A DNA stretch of 64,000 nt from Escherichia coli. Lineage in GTDB: Bacteria > Pseudomonadota > Gammaproteobacteria > Enterobacterales > Enterobacteriaceae. Positions 25,079-33,908 of the stretch are shown here, piece by piece. Below the pieces are notes generated by a model that saw only the letters and a program-made list of their open reading frames with translations, did no database searches and was not told the origin of the DNA. The translations under genes and the position numbers were made by a program. Every line of letters begins with the position of its first letter. The first letter of the stretch is position 1. The stretch is from the NCBI RefSeq assembly GCF_003790525.1, contig NZ_CP033635.1; one strand, 5' to 3'.

Positions 25079-25178
25079 AGCACTTGCTCCTTTTCCGGAG
25101 AGGCGCTAACCTTTCACTTGTCAAGGTAATGCGGTTAGGGCCTCGGTTAAACAGAAATGTTTTCCGGGGCCTTTCCAC
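24945..25178 (-). CDS. Mok-like reading frame overlapping the hok-like ORF
   Basis: ORF track; overlaps the hok homolog in another frame. Confidence 0.3.
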   Translation of the reverse strand: MERPRKTFLFNRGPNRITLTSERLAPLRKRSKCYVAKIAYGHHVLRDGNPHHLDIARFAVRNTDELLGSGVCGVLTM

Positions 25179-25314
25179 ATCCGGCCTTCAGGTTTTCCCT
25201 CCGGCCATCAGCCGAAAGGCACCCGCGCGTAATTTAACTGTTTCTTTTTGTTGCGGCAATATTTCAGGTGTCAGTTGGGGTGGGCTGTATCTTGTCTGAT
25301 GCATAAAAAAATGC

Positions 25315-25400
25315 CCGCGCTTCGGCGGGCAAAAAACAAGACTTTTCGTTTGTATATCATGGATAATGGACACCCTTCCTGTTGTCAGGGGGAGGTACCC
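25315..25400 (-). ncRNA. Candidate small RNA or leader unit X4
   Basis: -35 and -10 hexamers kept (TTGAGC, TAGATT) while the 17-bp spacer differs from X1-X3. Confidence 0.3.
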
Positions 25401-25755
25401 GTAGCTAATCTACTCACTTTGTGCCCGCAGCTCAACCCTGAAGTTTTCATGGAAAATCAGGGCTGCTTTGTGTGCGCCAGGGAAGGCGCCTCGATGGCAG
25501 GCGCAAAAAAAATGCCCGCTCTCCGGCGGGCAAAACAATGATCTACGTCACATTATATTGATAACCGGGCATTCCTCCATGCCCATTTTTAATTTAGCCA
25601 TTTTTCATTTTGTTCACAATATAGTTATCTATCATATTCATGAATGAAATTATAATTTCATCTATAGGTATAAATGATTTGTGTTAATATGTTTCTCCTG
25701 TCTAACTGTTTTCTCATTTTTCGATACTAGTATTTCTGATATATTCAGGGGGCGT

Positions 25756-25971
25756 ATGAGATTGTTCCGAAGAAACGATATTGAGATTGAACTGCATTTC
25801 TCCTCCGGTGAGGATAAGGTTAAATCAATAAAGGTGAAACTAAGACATGCCCGGGATGTTCAGGCGTGTCAGTGTCTTATTGATGAACTCGTTGCTGCCG
25901 GAGGAACGCCAAAAAAACAAAAATATAATCTGCACGTGGTTCCTGATGACCCCATAACCACAAAAGAATAA
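25756..25971 (+). CDS. Hypothetical small protein (72 aa), intact member of the three-copy 'Y' family
   Basis: MRLFRRNDIEIELHFSSGEDKVKS...; SD AGGGGG; AT-rich upstream region. Confidence 0.45.
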   Translation: MRLFRRNDIEIELHFSSGEDKVKSIKVKLRHARDVQACQCLIDELVAAGGTPKKQKYNLHVVPDDPITTKE

Positions 25972-26113
25972 AAAAATGCCCGCTTTCCGGCGGGCAAAAA
26001 ACAATTTAGGTCATATTTCATCATGGATAATTAAATACTTGCCCGTGGTTGCGGGAAAGTATCTGCCGTTAATCTACTTGCCTTATGATGTCCTCTCAAC
26101 CTGATTATTGTTC

Positions 26114-26365
26114 TTAAATATCAAGATTAATCTGAGTATTCCCCCTGTGAGATCCCGGAAAATCTTCCCACGGTATCCGCTCTGTACCCTGCGGCGACGG
26201 GGCGCGTTTTGATGTGAATTTGTTAAAACCCTCCAGTGTGGTAAAGCCGATCCCGCATTCGAGGTTATTGCACTGGTAGTACTTCAGGCGAACTGTGCCT
26301 GAATCATTTTCATTGCGACTGGTGCGGATACGTGCGGATGCACCGCATAGGGGACAACGGAACAT
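26114..26365 (-). CDS. ogr: Ogr/Delta-type zinc-finger late-gene activator
   Basis: MFRCPLCGASARIRTSR...YYQCNNLEC resembles P2 Ogr C2C2 finger. Confidence 0.85.
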   Translation of the reverse strand: MFRCPLCGASARIRTSRNENDSGTVRLKYYQCNNLECGIGFTTLEGFNKFTSKRAPSPQGTERIPWEDFPGSHRGNTQINLDI

Positions 26366-26408
26366 GGCTTCTCCTTATCTGGCTGAGTGGAGATGGCTCA
26401 TTTTAATT

Positions 26409-27500
26409 TTATCCGCCTGAATCTGCTATCCATTCGGGGATTTTCGCTTCCAGCTCCAGTTGTGTGGTGAAGCCGCTTTCATCTATGATGTGCTCCACCC
26501 TGGCAATAATCCAGTCCTGATTGTCCACCTCGCTTTTAAAACCTGTTACCCTGCCGTGCATTTCGGGATACAGGTCGGCACGACCCCGTGCCAGAGTGAT
26601 GGAGAATGCCGCTGCTCCCCGCTGTAACTCCTGCCACTTTGCCGCAGCTGCACGTCGTGCGGTTTCTTCATTCTGGTAAGTCCTGCGCAGAACGTAGACG
26701 TTCCCTTCCGCGCCTTCCATGTAATCACCCTCCCGGCTGCTGCTCTTCTCCTGTTTCTGTTTCCCGGCTTCCCTGCGTCGCTTCACGTTCACTTTTTTCT
26801 TGTGCCCGAACTTCAGATCGAGCCAGTGCGCCCGGACCCCCGTATACGCATCACGGTCAGCAATGCGAAAGCGGTGACTGTCGCCGCTGCTGCGGGTAAT
26901 GGCGAACGAAGGCAGGGCTCTTCCGTCCGGCCCGGTTCCGCCACCCGGCAGAATGAATAACAGGCTGCCGTTTTTTACGGTGGCAATCGCACCCAGCATT
27001 TCAGCCATGCGGGTCAGGAAGGATATATCGCTCTCTTCGGTCTGGTCAGCGTGGTCAATTTCGATATCCATGAGGATTTCGCTTATCTGTGTCTTCAGGC
27101 CGTAGCGGTGAGCGATGGCTGACACAACCTGTTTTACGGTCACGTCGTGCCAGGATACCTCCCGCCTCACGTTGAACTCTTCCCGAAAATCTGCGCTGCT
27201 GGCGGTGATGATCAGTTTATCTGGAGGTCCTTCCCACGCAACCTCATCAACGACGTAGGTGCCCTTGTTAACCAGTGATTCTCCTCGCCAGCCAATCATC
27301 ACTCTCAGGCGTGCGCCACGTGGTGGCAACTGTAACTGCCCGTCCGTATCGTCAAGGGTGAGGGTGACGCGGTCTGCCTCAAAGGCCCGGTTATCCGTCA
27401 GGGTCAGCGTCATGAGTCGCTCTGTGAGGTTTGCCAGTGTGTTGTTGTTGATGGTGATGTCGATATCCGGTGACGGAACGGTAACTGACAGCTCTTTCAT
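26409..27500 (-). CDS. D: P2 gpD-like tail protein
   Basis: TLTDNRAFEADRVTLTLDDTDGQ...SWHDVT...REGDYMEGAEGNV resemble P2 D; start at MKELSVT with SD AGGAGA. Confidence 0.85.
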   Translation of the reverse strand: MKELSVTVPSPDIDITINNNTLANLTERLMTLTLTDNRAFEADRVTLTLDDTDGQLQLPPRGARLRVMIGWRGESLVNKGTYVVDEVAWEGPPDKLIITASSADFREEFNVRREVSWHDVTVKQVVSAIAHRYGLKTQISEILMDIEIDHADQTEESDISFLTRMAEMLGAIATVKNGSLLFILPGGGTGPDGRALPSFAITRSSGDSHRFRIADRDAYTGVRAHWLDLKFGHKKKVNVKRRREAGKQKQEKSSSREGDYMEGAEGNVYVLRRTYQNEETARRAAAAKWQELQRGAAAFSITLARGRADLYPEMHGRVTGFKSEVDNQDWIIARVEHIIDESGFTTQLELEAKIPEWIADSGG

Positions 27501-27567
27501 GGTGTTCTCTCCTGGTGCGTTCTGTAATGGTTTCATGCACCGCAGCGGCGTTGAATGGCTGTTTTGT

Positions 27568-27585
27568 TGTCGCTGTCAGGAGACA
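27568..27585. promoter_or_regulatory. Ogr-type late-promoter dyad TGT-N12-ACA between divergent D and FI
   Basis: TGTTGTcgctgtcaggagACAACA, about 76 bp from the D ATG and 85 bp from the FI ATG. Confidence 0.5.
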
Positions 27586-27661
27586 ACATCAAAGGGGTGA
27601 GATTACCGCGTGTGTGGGTAATGATTACGCAAAATCAACCAGCCAGACAAGGGTGAAACAT

Positions 27662-28945
27662 ATGAGTGAAACACGCTTTCATGGTGCGCGCGTAAGGGAA
27701 AGTACCGGCCTTGCCACCGCCATTAATGATGTGGATTCCAGTGTTATTGGTATTGTGGCTACGGCAGATGACGCGGATGAAACTCTGTTCCCGCTGAACA
27801 AACCCACACTGCTGACCCGCGTCAGTGATGTGCTGGGTAAGGCCGGCACAAAGGGGACGCTTTACAAATCGCTTAAGGCTGTCGCCGACCAGGTGAGCAC
27901 GAAGGTGATTGTGGTGCGCGTTCCTGATGCCAGTTCTCAGGGCGCCCCGGATACAGGAGTTACATCATTCGGTCATCTGGATCCTGAAGACAGGGCATTT
28001 TTTGGTATTGATGAGTCTGAAGATGCACATCCTGTATACCCACACAAAACGCAGGACCAGTATGTCATTGGTGGCACGGATGGCGACGGTAATTATACCG
28101 GTATGTATGCACTTCTGATAGCTGAACAGGATGATGCCATCGGTTACCGTCCGCGCATCATCGCAGCTCCCGGACTGGATACTGAAGCTGTCACAAAATC
28201 CCTGTGTGTAATTGCAGAAAAACTTCGCGCATTTGTCTACGCGGGCTGTCACAACTGCAAGAAGCCCGCCGATGCAATCAGCTACCGCGCCAGATTTAAC
28301 GAGCGCGAACTTATGCTGGTCTGGCCGGACTTCATCGCCCATAACCCGAAATCCGGCGCTAATGAGGTCTTCCCGGCTGTGGCGTACGCCTGCGGTTTAC
28401 GTGCACGTATTGACCACGAACAGGGCTGGCATAAATCGCTGTCCAACGTGCCGGTAAGAAATGTGCTGGGTATTTCCAGCCCGGTGTTCTGGTCCCTTCA
28501 GTCCGAAGACAGCGATGCCAACAATCTCAACAACAAGGAAATCACTACCATCATTTGCCGTAACGGTTTCCGCTTCTGGGGCAACCGTACGCCGGAAACG
28601 AAGGCGTATATCTTTGAGGTGTACACGCGAACCGCTCAGGTGCTGGCTGATTCCATTGCGGAAGCGCAGTTTGAAACGATTGATGCCCCGCTGACCCCTG
28701 CTAATGTGAAAGACGTGTTAAGCGCAATTCGCGCAAAACTGGATGCGCTGGTTACGTCAGGACGTCTCATTGGTGCGGAGTGCTGGTATGACGTGGTGGA
28801 TAACAGCACCACGGAACTTCGTCAGGGACGCGTGCGTATCCGCTACAAGTACACGCCCGTTCCGCCGCTTGAGGATATGGAACTTTACCAGGCGTTTACT
28901 GATGAATTCTTTGGTCCTGCATTTGCGACGCTTGGAGGTGCTTAA
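27662..28945 (+). CDS. FI: Tail sheath protein (P2 FI-like)
   Basis: MSETRFHGARVRE...DETLFPLNKPTLL...KGTLYKSLKAVADQ resembles P2 FI. Confidence 0.85.
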   Translation: MSETRFHGARVRESTGLATAINDVDSSVIGIVATADDADETLFPLNKPTLLTRVSDVLGKAGTKGTLYKSLKAVADQVSTKVIVVRVPDASSQGAPDTGVTSFGHLDPEDRAFFGIDESEDAHPVYPHKTQDQYVIGGTDGDGNYTGMYALLIAEQDDAIGYRPRIIAAPGLDTEAVTKSLCVIAEKLRAFVYAGCHNCKKPADAISYRARFNERELMLVWPDFIAHNPKSGANEVFPAVAYACGLRARIDHEQGWHKSLSNVPVRNVLGISSPVFWSLQSEDSDANNLNNKEITTIICRNGFRFWGNRTPETKAYIFEVYTRTAQVLADSIAEAQFETIDAPLTPANVKDVLSAIRAKLDALVTSGRLIGAECWYDVVDNSTTELRQGRVRIRYKYTPVPPLEDMELYQAFTDEFFGPAFATLGGA

Positions 28946-29463
28946 TGGCCGTACCAAAAAATCTCAGGGTGTTCACGCTGTTTACTGACGGGGTGAACCA
29001 GATTGGCAGGGTGACCGGCTTCACGCCCCCCAAACTGACCCGTAAAACGGAAGCCTATCGCGGTGGTGGTATGGCCGGCGCGGTGAATATCGACCTTGGT
29101 CTGGATGACGGCGCGCTGGATGCGAGTTTCACCATGGGCGGGCCGACCCGCGAACTGTTCCTTAAGTACGGCGGCACGATCGACGGTACGCTGCTGCGCT
29201 TTGTCGGTGAGTACTACAACGATGAAGAGCAGAGCGACCTGTATGAAATTGAGCTTCGCGGCCGCGTGACGGAAATTGATACGGGGGAGGCAAAACAGGG
29301 TGAGGTCACGTCTCACACCTATGCGGTCAGGAGTACCTACTACAAACTCAGCATTAACGACCGTCCGGTGCTGGAGATTGATTTACTGAACCACATCGAA
29401 CGCAAGGACGGCAAAAACGTCTTCCCGGACCGCGTGCGCTCGGCGATTGGTCTTGGTGGTTAA
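28945..29463 (+). CDS. FII: Tail tube protein (P2 FII-like)
   Basis: 172 aa directly after the sheath gene. Confidence 0.8.
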   Translation: MAVPKNLRVFTLFTDGVNQIGRVTGFTPPKLTRKTEAYRGGGMAGAVNIDLGLDDGALDASFTMGGPTRELFLKYGGTIDGTLLRFVGEYYNDEEQSDLYEIELRGRVTEIDTGEAKQGEVTSHTYAVRSTYYKLSINDRPVLEIDLLNHIERKDGKNVFPDRVRSAIGLGG

Positions 29464-29513
29464 TGTTTCCCACGGCGGCGCGCGGCGTCGCCCCCTGATT
29501 TGAGGTTTTATGC

Positions 29514-29876
29514 ATGAAAGAAAATCCGGTTGTTGCCCCTGTTACTGACGGTGCTGATGCGGCGGACGTGACCAGTGAGCGCGGCGTGACGCTGAAAACG
29601 CCCCTTGTGCTCGGTAACAAAAAAATCACGTATGTGGAAATCACGCCTGCTGTACAGCAGGCCGGTTCACTGCGCGGGCTGTCACTGCTTGACGTGCTGA
29701 ACATGAAAACGGACGCGATGTTTGAGTTACTCCCGCGCGTCACTTCGCCGCGACTGGACGAGGTTCTGCTTAAGCGCATGGGGTCCGCTGATTTTATTCA
29801 GCTGTGCGGGGTGGCGGTTAATTTTTTGGCCGGTCAGGACTCTGGCGGGAAGAGCGGGGCGGCGACGGCAGGCTGA
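29514..29876 (+). CDS. E: Tail assembly chaperone (P2 E-like); E+E' product by -1 frameshift would extend to about 30040
   Basis: Position between tube and tape measure; slippery heptamer near the 3' end. Confidence 0.7.
   Translation: MKENPVVAPVTDGADAADVTSERGVTLKTPLVLGNKKITYVEITPAVQQAGSLRGLSLLDVLNMKTDAMFELLPRVTSPRLDEVLLKRMGSADFIQLCGVAVNFLAGQDSGGKSGAATAG
29822..29828 (+). promoter_or_regulatory. Candidate -1 programmed frameshift heptamer T_TTT_TTG (E/E')
   Basis: In-frame AAT TTT TTG; -1 frame continues about 70 codons to TGA at 30038-30040. Confidence 0.55.
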
Positions 29877-30026
29877 TAACCGTCGTGCCCTTTGAGCACA
29901 TTGAAGACTTTGTGGCGGATATCGCCGTTATTTTCAACTGGTCTCCCGCTGAAATCTTCCTGATGGATCCCGGCGAGGTGGTCGCCTGGCGTGAGCGGGC
30001 GGCCCTTCGCAGCGGGAACGCAGAGC

Positions 30027-33000
30027 ATGAAAACGCTTGATATACGGGTCGCCTTCAGCGCTGTTGACAGGCTGACCCGTCCCACCGAAAACGCCCGTCG
30101 CATGATGGGCCAGCTTGGCGACTCCATACAGAGAACGCAGGGTGCGATCAAAAACCTGGAACGCTACGCCCGTTCATTTGATCGCGCCCGCGAGGCTGCA
30201 AACAAGGCCGGAAACGGCATTGTCAGGGCGCAACGCCAGTTAAGCGCACTTCAGCAAATTCAGCGCGCCGGAACCGTGCTGTCTGACAAACAGAAAAAGC
30301 TGATGAACGATTTGAGCCTCAAACTTGAGCGTCTCAATGAGGTCCGTGCGCGTGAAGTTCAGCGAATGCGCGAACTGGGTGGTGAGCTGCGGCGCCACGG
30401 TATTGCGCTTTCCGGCAGTGACAACACCATTCAACAGGCCATACGGCGAACACAGCAATACAACGACCAGCTGGAACGCGAACGGCAGGCGCTGGCACGT
30501 GTCACGCAGGCACGCCAGCAATATTCCCGTGCTCAGGAGACGGCGGGAAAACTTAAAACGGTCGGACTTACGGCGGTTGGTACGGCGGCGGCAGGCGGCT
30601 ATGCGGCCGGACGTTTCCTGCAACCGGCGGTCAGTTTTGGTAAGGAGATGTCACGCGTCCAGGCGCTGACCCGTATTGACAAAAACAGTCCGCAGTTTAA
30701 GGCGCTGCGCGAACAGGCCATTAAGCTGGGCTCTGAAACGCAGTTTACCGCCGGTGATGCTGCCAGCGGTCAGGCGTTCCTTGCCATGGCCGGCTTCACA
30801 CCACAGGCCATACAGGCGGCGCTACCCGGCGTGCTTGATCTGGCAATGGCTGCAGGGATGGACCTGGGACAGACTGCCGATATCAGTTCGAATATCCTCA
30901 CACAGTTTGGTCTGTCCGCTGACCAGATGGATCGCGTGGGTGACACGCTGGCCGCCACCTTCACACGAACCAATACGGATCTCCGTTCACTGGGTGAAAC
31001 CATGAAGTACACGGGTCCGGTTGCAGCTTCACTTGGCCTGTCCCTTGAACAGGCGGCAGCCATGACGGGTGTCCTTGGCAGTGTGGGGATCCGTGGAAGT
31101 GATGCAGGTACGGCGCTGCGTGCCAGTCTGTCACGTCTGGTTGATCCGCCGAAGGCCGCTGCAATGGCACTGAAAGAGCTTGGCGTGGAGACGCAGAATG
31201 CTTACGGGAACATGCGCCGGATGGAAAATATCCTGAATGAGCTGTACCAGGCCACCCGAAAATACGGTAATGCCGCGCAGGTCTCCTTTTTCAGGGCTAT
31301 TGCCGGGCAGGAGTCCTATGTTTCCCTGATGAATCTTGTCACTGCGGCGGGGGAAAATAATCTTCCCCGTCTTACGCAGGAGATTGAACTGGCCACCGGG
31401 GAACTTAATCACACTGCCCGTGTTATGGCTGATAACCTGGACGGTGACCTGAAATCACTGAACAGCGCATGGGAAGGACTGCGTATCCGTGTCGCTGACC
31501 TCGTTGACGGGCCGCTGCGTTCTGTCACGCAGTCGTTCACCCGGGTTATTGCGAAAGTCACCGCGCTGGCTCAGGCGCACCCTGAACTGACAAAACAACT
31601 GCTGATTGCCGGTGGTGTACTGCTGGCTGCGGTTGCGGCCATGGGGGCGCTGTCACTTGCCACTGGTGTGTTGATGGGGCCGCTGGCAAAACTGCGTCTT
31701 GGGTTTGCCCTGCTGACCGGCACATCCGGCCTCGGTCGTGCGCTGCCGTTACTGACGCAGCTGCGCGGCGTACTCGGTGGTCCGCTGGGCGGTATCGGTG
31801 GCTGGCGCGTGCTGTTTGTCGGTATCACCTCCGGTGCCGGACGGTTTGCTGCACTGCTGGGCGTAGTTGCGGGGCGGCTTCGTGGTGTGCAGGCGGGACT
31901 TGGCGCGCTGCGTGGTGGTCTGCTGGCTGCGTTCACTTCACCTGGCGGCGCACTGATTTCACTGGGGCGCGGTATCGGAATACTGGCGCTCAGACTGTCA
32001 GGTCTGCCCGCACTGTGGGGGATGGTGAGTGGTGCGGTGGGCGCACTTGGCGGGGCGCTGGGTTTTCTGTTAAGTCCGGTGGGCCTTGTGGTGGCGACAC
32101 TGGTCGGTGCGGCAGTGCTTATCTGGCGGCACTGGGACCAGCTGAAGGCTGTCGTGGGCGGGTTCTTGTCCGGCCTGTGGCAGGGGCTTACGCCACTGCG
32201 CGAGGCTGTGGCACCACTGGGACCGCTGTTTGAGTATGTCGGGCAGACAATCGGGCGTGTGTGGCAGTGGTTCGTGGATTTGTTCGCGCCGGTAAGCACA
32301 ACAAAGGATGAGCTGGACAAGTGCACGGAAGCCGGGCGTACGTTCGGGCAGAAGGTAGGGGAGTTTATCAGCAATCTGGTGACCGGTCCGGTTACGCTGC
32401 TGATTGACTCATTAACCCGGGTGCTGGAAAAACTCGGGCTGATTCCGTCGGCGGTTGAGCGCGCCCGGAAAAAGGCGGAAGAACTAAAACAGAAGGAGTT
32501 GCTGAACGAGAAAGCTGCCATGCTTCTGGCGGATGTTAACGTCATTAATCCGCCGAAAAAGGACGAGGATAAAAAAGACGGCGAAAAACCCAAAGGGGGG
32601 CAACCACCCCTGACGGGGGAGAATACCGGCACTATGCGCCGCCTGAACAAAATCGTCGATAACACCGGTGGTCTGCTGGATGAGGCGAAACAGGCGAAAA
32701 AACGCGCTGGTCCCGGCGATATTATCTTTAAAAACCTGCCGGAAGCGCTGGCCGTTCGTGGTGAGTGGAAGGAGGAACGCTTTAACCGAGCAGCTTCCCT
32801 GTTACCGGGTAGTGTCAGTGAGCCACCTGTCAGACTGCCGCAGGTGCCGTCGGTCAGTGTGCCTTCGTTGCCACCGCTGCCAGCGCCACCGCCTGTCAGT
32901 GTTTCGCCGCTGATATCCACCACGGCGAACGTGTCGCCGGTCGTGAAGCCGGTGGTGTCCGTGAATAATGTGCCGGTTATTCCTCCGGTCGTCCGTCCGG

Positions 33001-33338
33001 TACTGTCCGGTAATATTACGCCAGTGGTTCCGCCGGTGATCAAACCGGTTATGACTCACGATGTCATGCCGACGTTCTCCCCGCTAATGACACCAGTGAT
33101 GGCGGCAACATCCCGTCCGGTGGTTGAGGCTGTGCGCCAGCCCATATCCCCCGCATCGCCCCGACCGCGCCAGAGTGAGCCGGCACCATGGGGATTAACT
33201 GGCGAACTGCATATTCACCTGCATGATGTTCACACGCAAAACCCGCGCGAACTGGCAAAAATGGTGGGTGATGCCGTCCGTGCGGAAATGGAACGCCGTA
33301 TCCGCCAGACAGTCGGTAGTTTCCGTGACAGAGATTAG
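30027..33338 (+). CDS. T: Tail tape measure protein (P2 T-like)
   Basis: About 1103 aa, coiled-coil N-terminus, Gly/Ala-rich hydrophobic middle; start MKTLDIRV. Confidence 0.85.
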   Translation: MKTLDIRVAFSAVDRLTRPTENARRMMGQLGDSIQRTQGAIKNLERYARSFDRAREAANKAGNGIVRAQRQLSALQQIQRAGTVLSDKQKKLMNDLSLKLERLNEVRAREVQRMRELGGELRRHGIALSGSDNTIQQAIRRTQQYNDQLERERQALARVTQARQQYSRAQETAGKLKTVGLTAVGTAAAGGYAAGRFLQPAVSFGKEMSRVQALTRIDKNSPQFKALREQAIKLGSETQFTAGDAASGQAFLAMAGFTPQAIQAALPGVLDLAMAAGMDLGQTADISSNILTQFGLSADQMDRVGDTLAATFTRTNTDLRSLGETMKYTGPVAASLGLSLEQAAAMTGVLGSVGIRGSDAGTALRASLSRLVDPPKAAAMALKELGVETQNAYGNMRRMENILNELYQATRKYGNAAQVSFFRAIAGQESYVSLMNLVTAAGENNLPRLTQEIELATGELNHTARVMADNLDGDLKSLNSAWEGLRIRVADLVDGPLRSVTQSFTRVIAKVTALAQAHPELTKQLLIAGGVLLAAVAAMGALSLATGVLMGPLAKLRLGFALLTGTSGLGRALPLLTQLRGVLGGPLGGIGGWRVLFVGITSGAGRFAALLGVVAGRLRGVQAGLGALRGGLLAAFTSPGGALISLGRGIGILALRLSGLPALWGMVSGAVGALGGALGFLLSPVGLVVATLVGAAVLIWRHWDQLKAVVGGFLSGLWQGLTPLREAVAPLGPLFEYVGQTIGRVWQWFVDLFAPVSTTKDELDKCTEAGRTFGQKVGEFISNLVTGPVTLLIDSLTRVLEKLGLIPSAVERARKKAEELKQKELLNEKAAMLLADVNVINPPKKDEDKKDGEKPKGGQPPLTGENTGTMRRLNKIVDNTGGLLDEAKQAKKRAGPGDIIFKNLPEALAVRGEWKEERFNRAASLLPGSVSEPPVRLPQVPSVSVPSLPPLPAPPPVSVSPLISTTANVSPVVKPVVSVNNVPVIPPVVRPVLSGNITPVVPPVIKPVMTHDVMPTFSPLMTPVMAATSRPVVEAVRQPISPASPRPRQSEPAPWGLTGELHIHLHDVHTQNPRELAKMVGDAVRAEMERRIRQTVGSFRDRD

Positions 33339-33349
33339 GAGTACCTCTC

Positions 33350-33838
33350 ATGATGATGATTTACGGCATGTTTGTTTTTGAGTTGCGTACGCTGCCTCAT
33401 CAACAACTGCAACATAATAAAACCTGGCGCCACGTTAAAAATGAACGCATCAATCGTTCGGCCAGCTGGCAGTATATCGGGGCGGGTGACGACCAGATCA
33501 CGTTGTCCGGTGTGCTTTATCCCGAAATTACCGGCGGTGAGGTTTCCCTCAGCCTTTTAACGACGCAGGCTTACACTGGTCGCCCATGGCCGCTGATTGA
33601 CGGTGTGGGGCAGATATACGGCATGTATGTGATAACGGCTGTCCGCACAACGCGAAGCGAACTTGACCGCCACGGTAAGGCCAAAAAAATTGAGTTCACT
33701 GTCAGTCTGGAACGCTGTGATGAGGATTTGCGGGAGAGTATGGCCTCGTCGCCGGTGTCTGATATGCTTTCGGGAATGAAAGGGAAGTTAAGTTCGGTCT
33801 GGAATACCACAGTAAGCGGCGTAAATGATCTGATGTGA
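33350..33838 (+). CDS. U: Tail protein (P2 U-like)
   Basis: MMMIYGMFVFELRTLPHQQLQ...ITLSGVLYPEITGG resembles P2 U. Confidence 0.75.
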   Translation: MMMIYGMFVFELRTLPHQQLQHNKTWRHVKNERINRSASWQYIGAGDDQITLSGVLYPEITGGEVSLSLLTTQAYTGRPWPLIDGVGQIYGMYVITAVRTTRSELDRHGKAKKIEFTVSLERCDEDLRESMASSPVSDMLSGMKGKLSSVWNTTVSGVNDLM

Positions 33839-33845
33839 AGGTAAT

Positions 33846-33865
33846 GTGCCGCATTCTTGCGGCAC
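33846..33865. terminator. Bidirectional hairpin between convergent U (+) and G (-)
   Basis: gtgccgcattcttgcggcac. Confidence 0.5.
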
Positions 33866-33908
33866 CTGCATGATGAATTATTTATGAATGCCCGTTCCTT
33901 TTCCCCGC

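Larger units (their letters stand above)
23281..26110. repeat. Complex array of repeated modules: 8 near-identical terminator hairpins, 4-5 'X' units and 3 'Y' small-ORF units
   Basis: Hairpins tgcccgc(N)ttccggcgggca at about 23293, 23494, 23692, 24143, 24342, 25324, 25514 and 25978, each with an A-run upstream on the plus strand. Confidence 0.8.

Noticed and set aside
23281-26000. Eight regularly recurring hairpin repeats considered as a CRISPR array
   Set aside because: Spacing is irregular (about 170-970 bp), the repeats are GC hairpins with A/T runs typical of intrinsic terminators, the intervening sequences repeat each other, and no cas genes are present.
31571-33043. 490-aa minus-strand ORF inside the tape measure gene
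   Set aside because: Ser/Pro/Thr-rich low-complexity translation of GC-rich antisense; the plus-strand protein is coherent.
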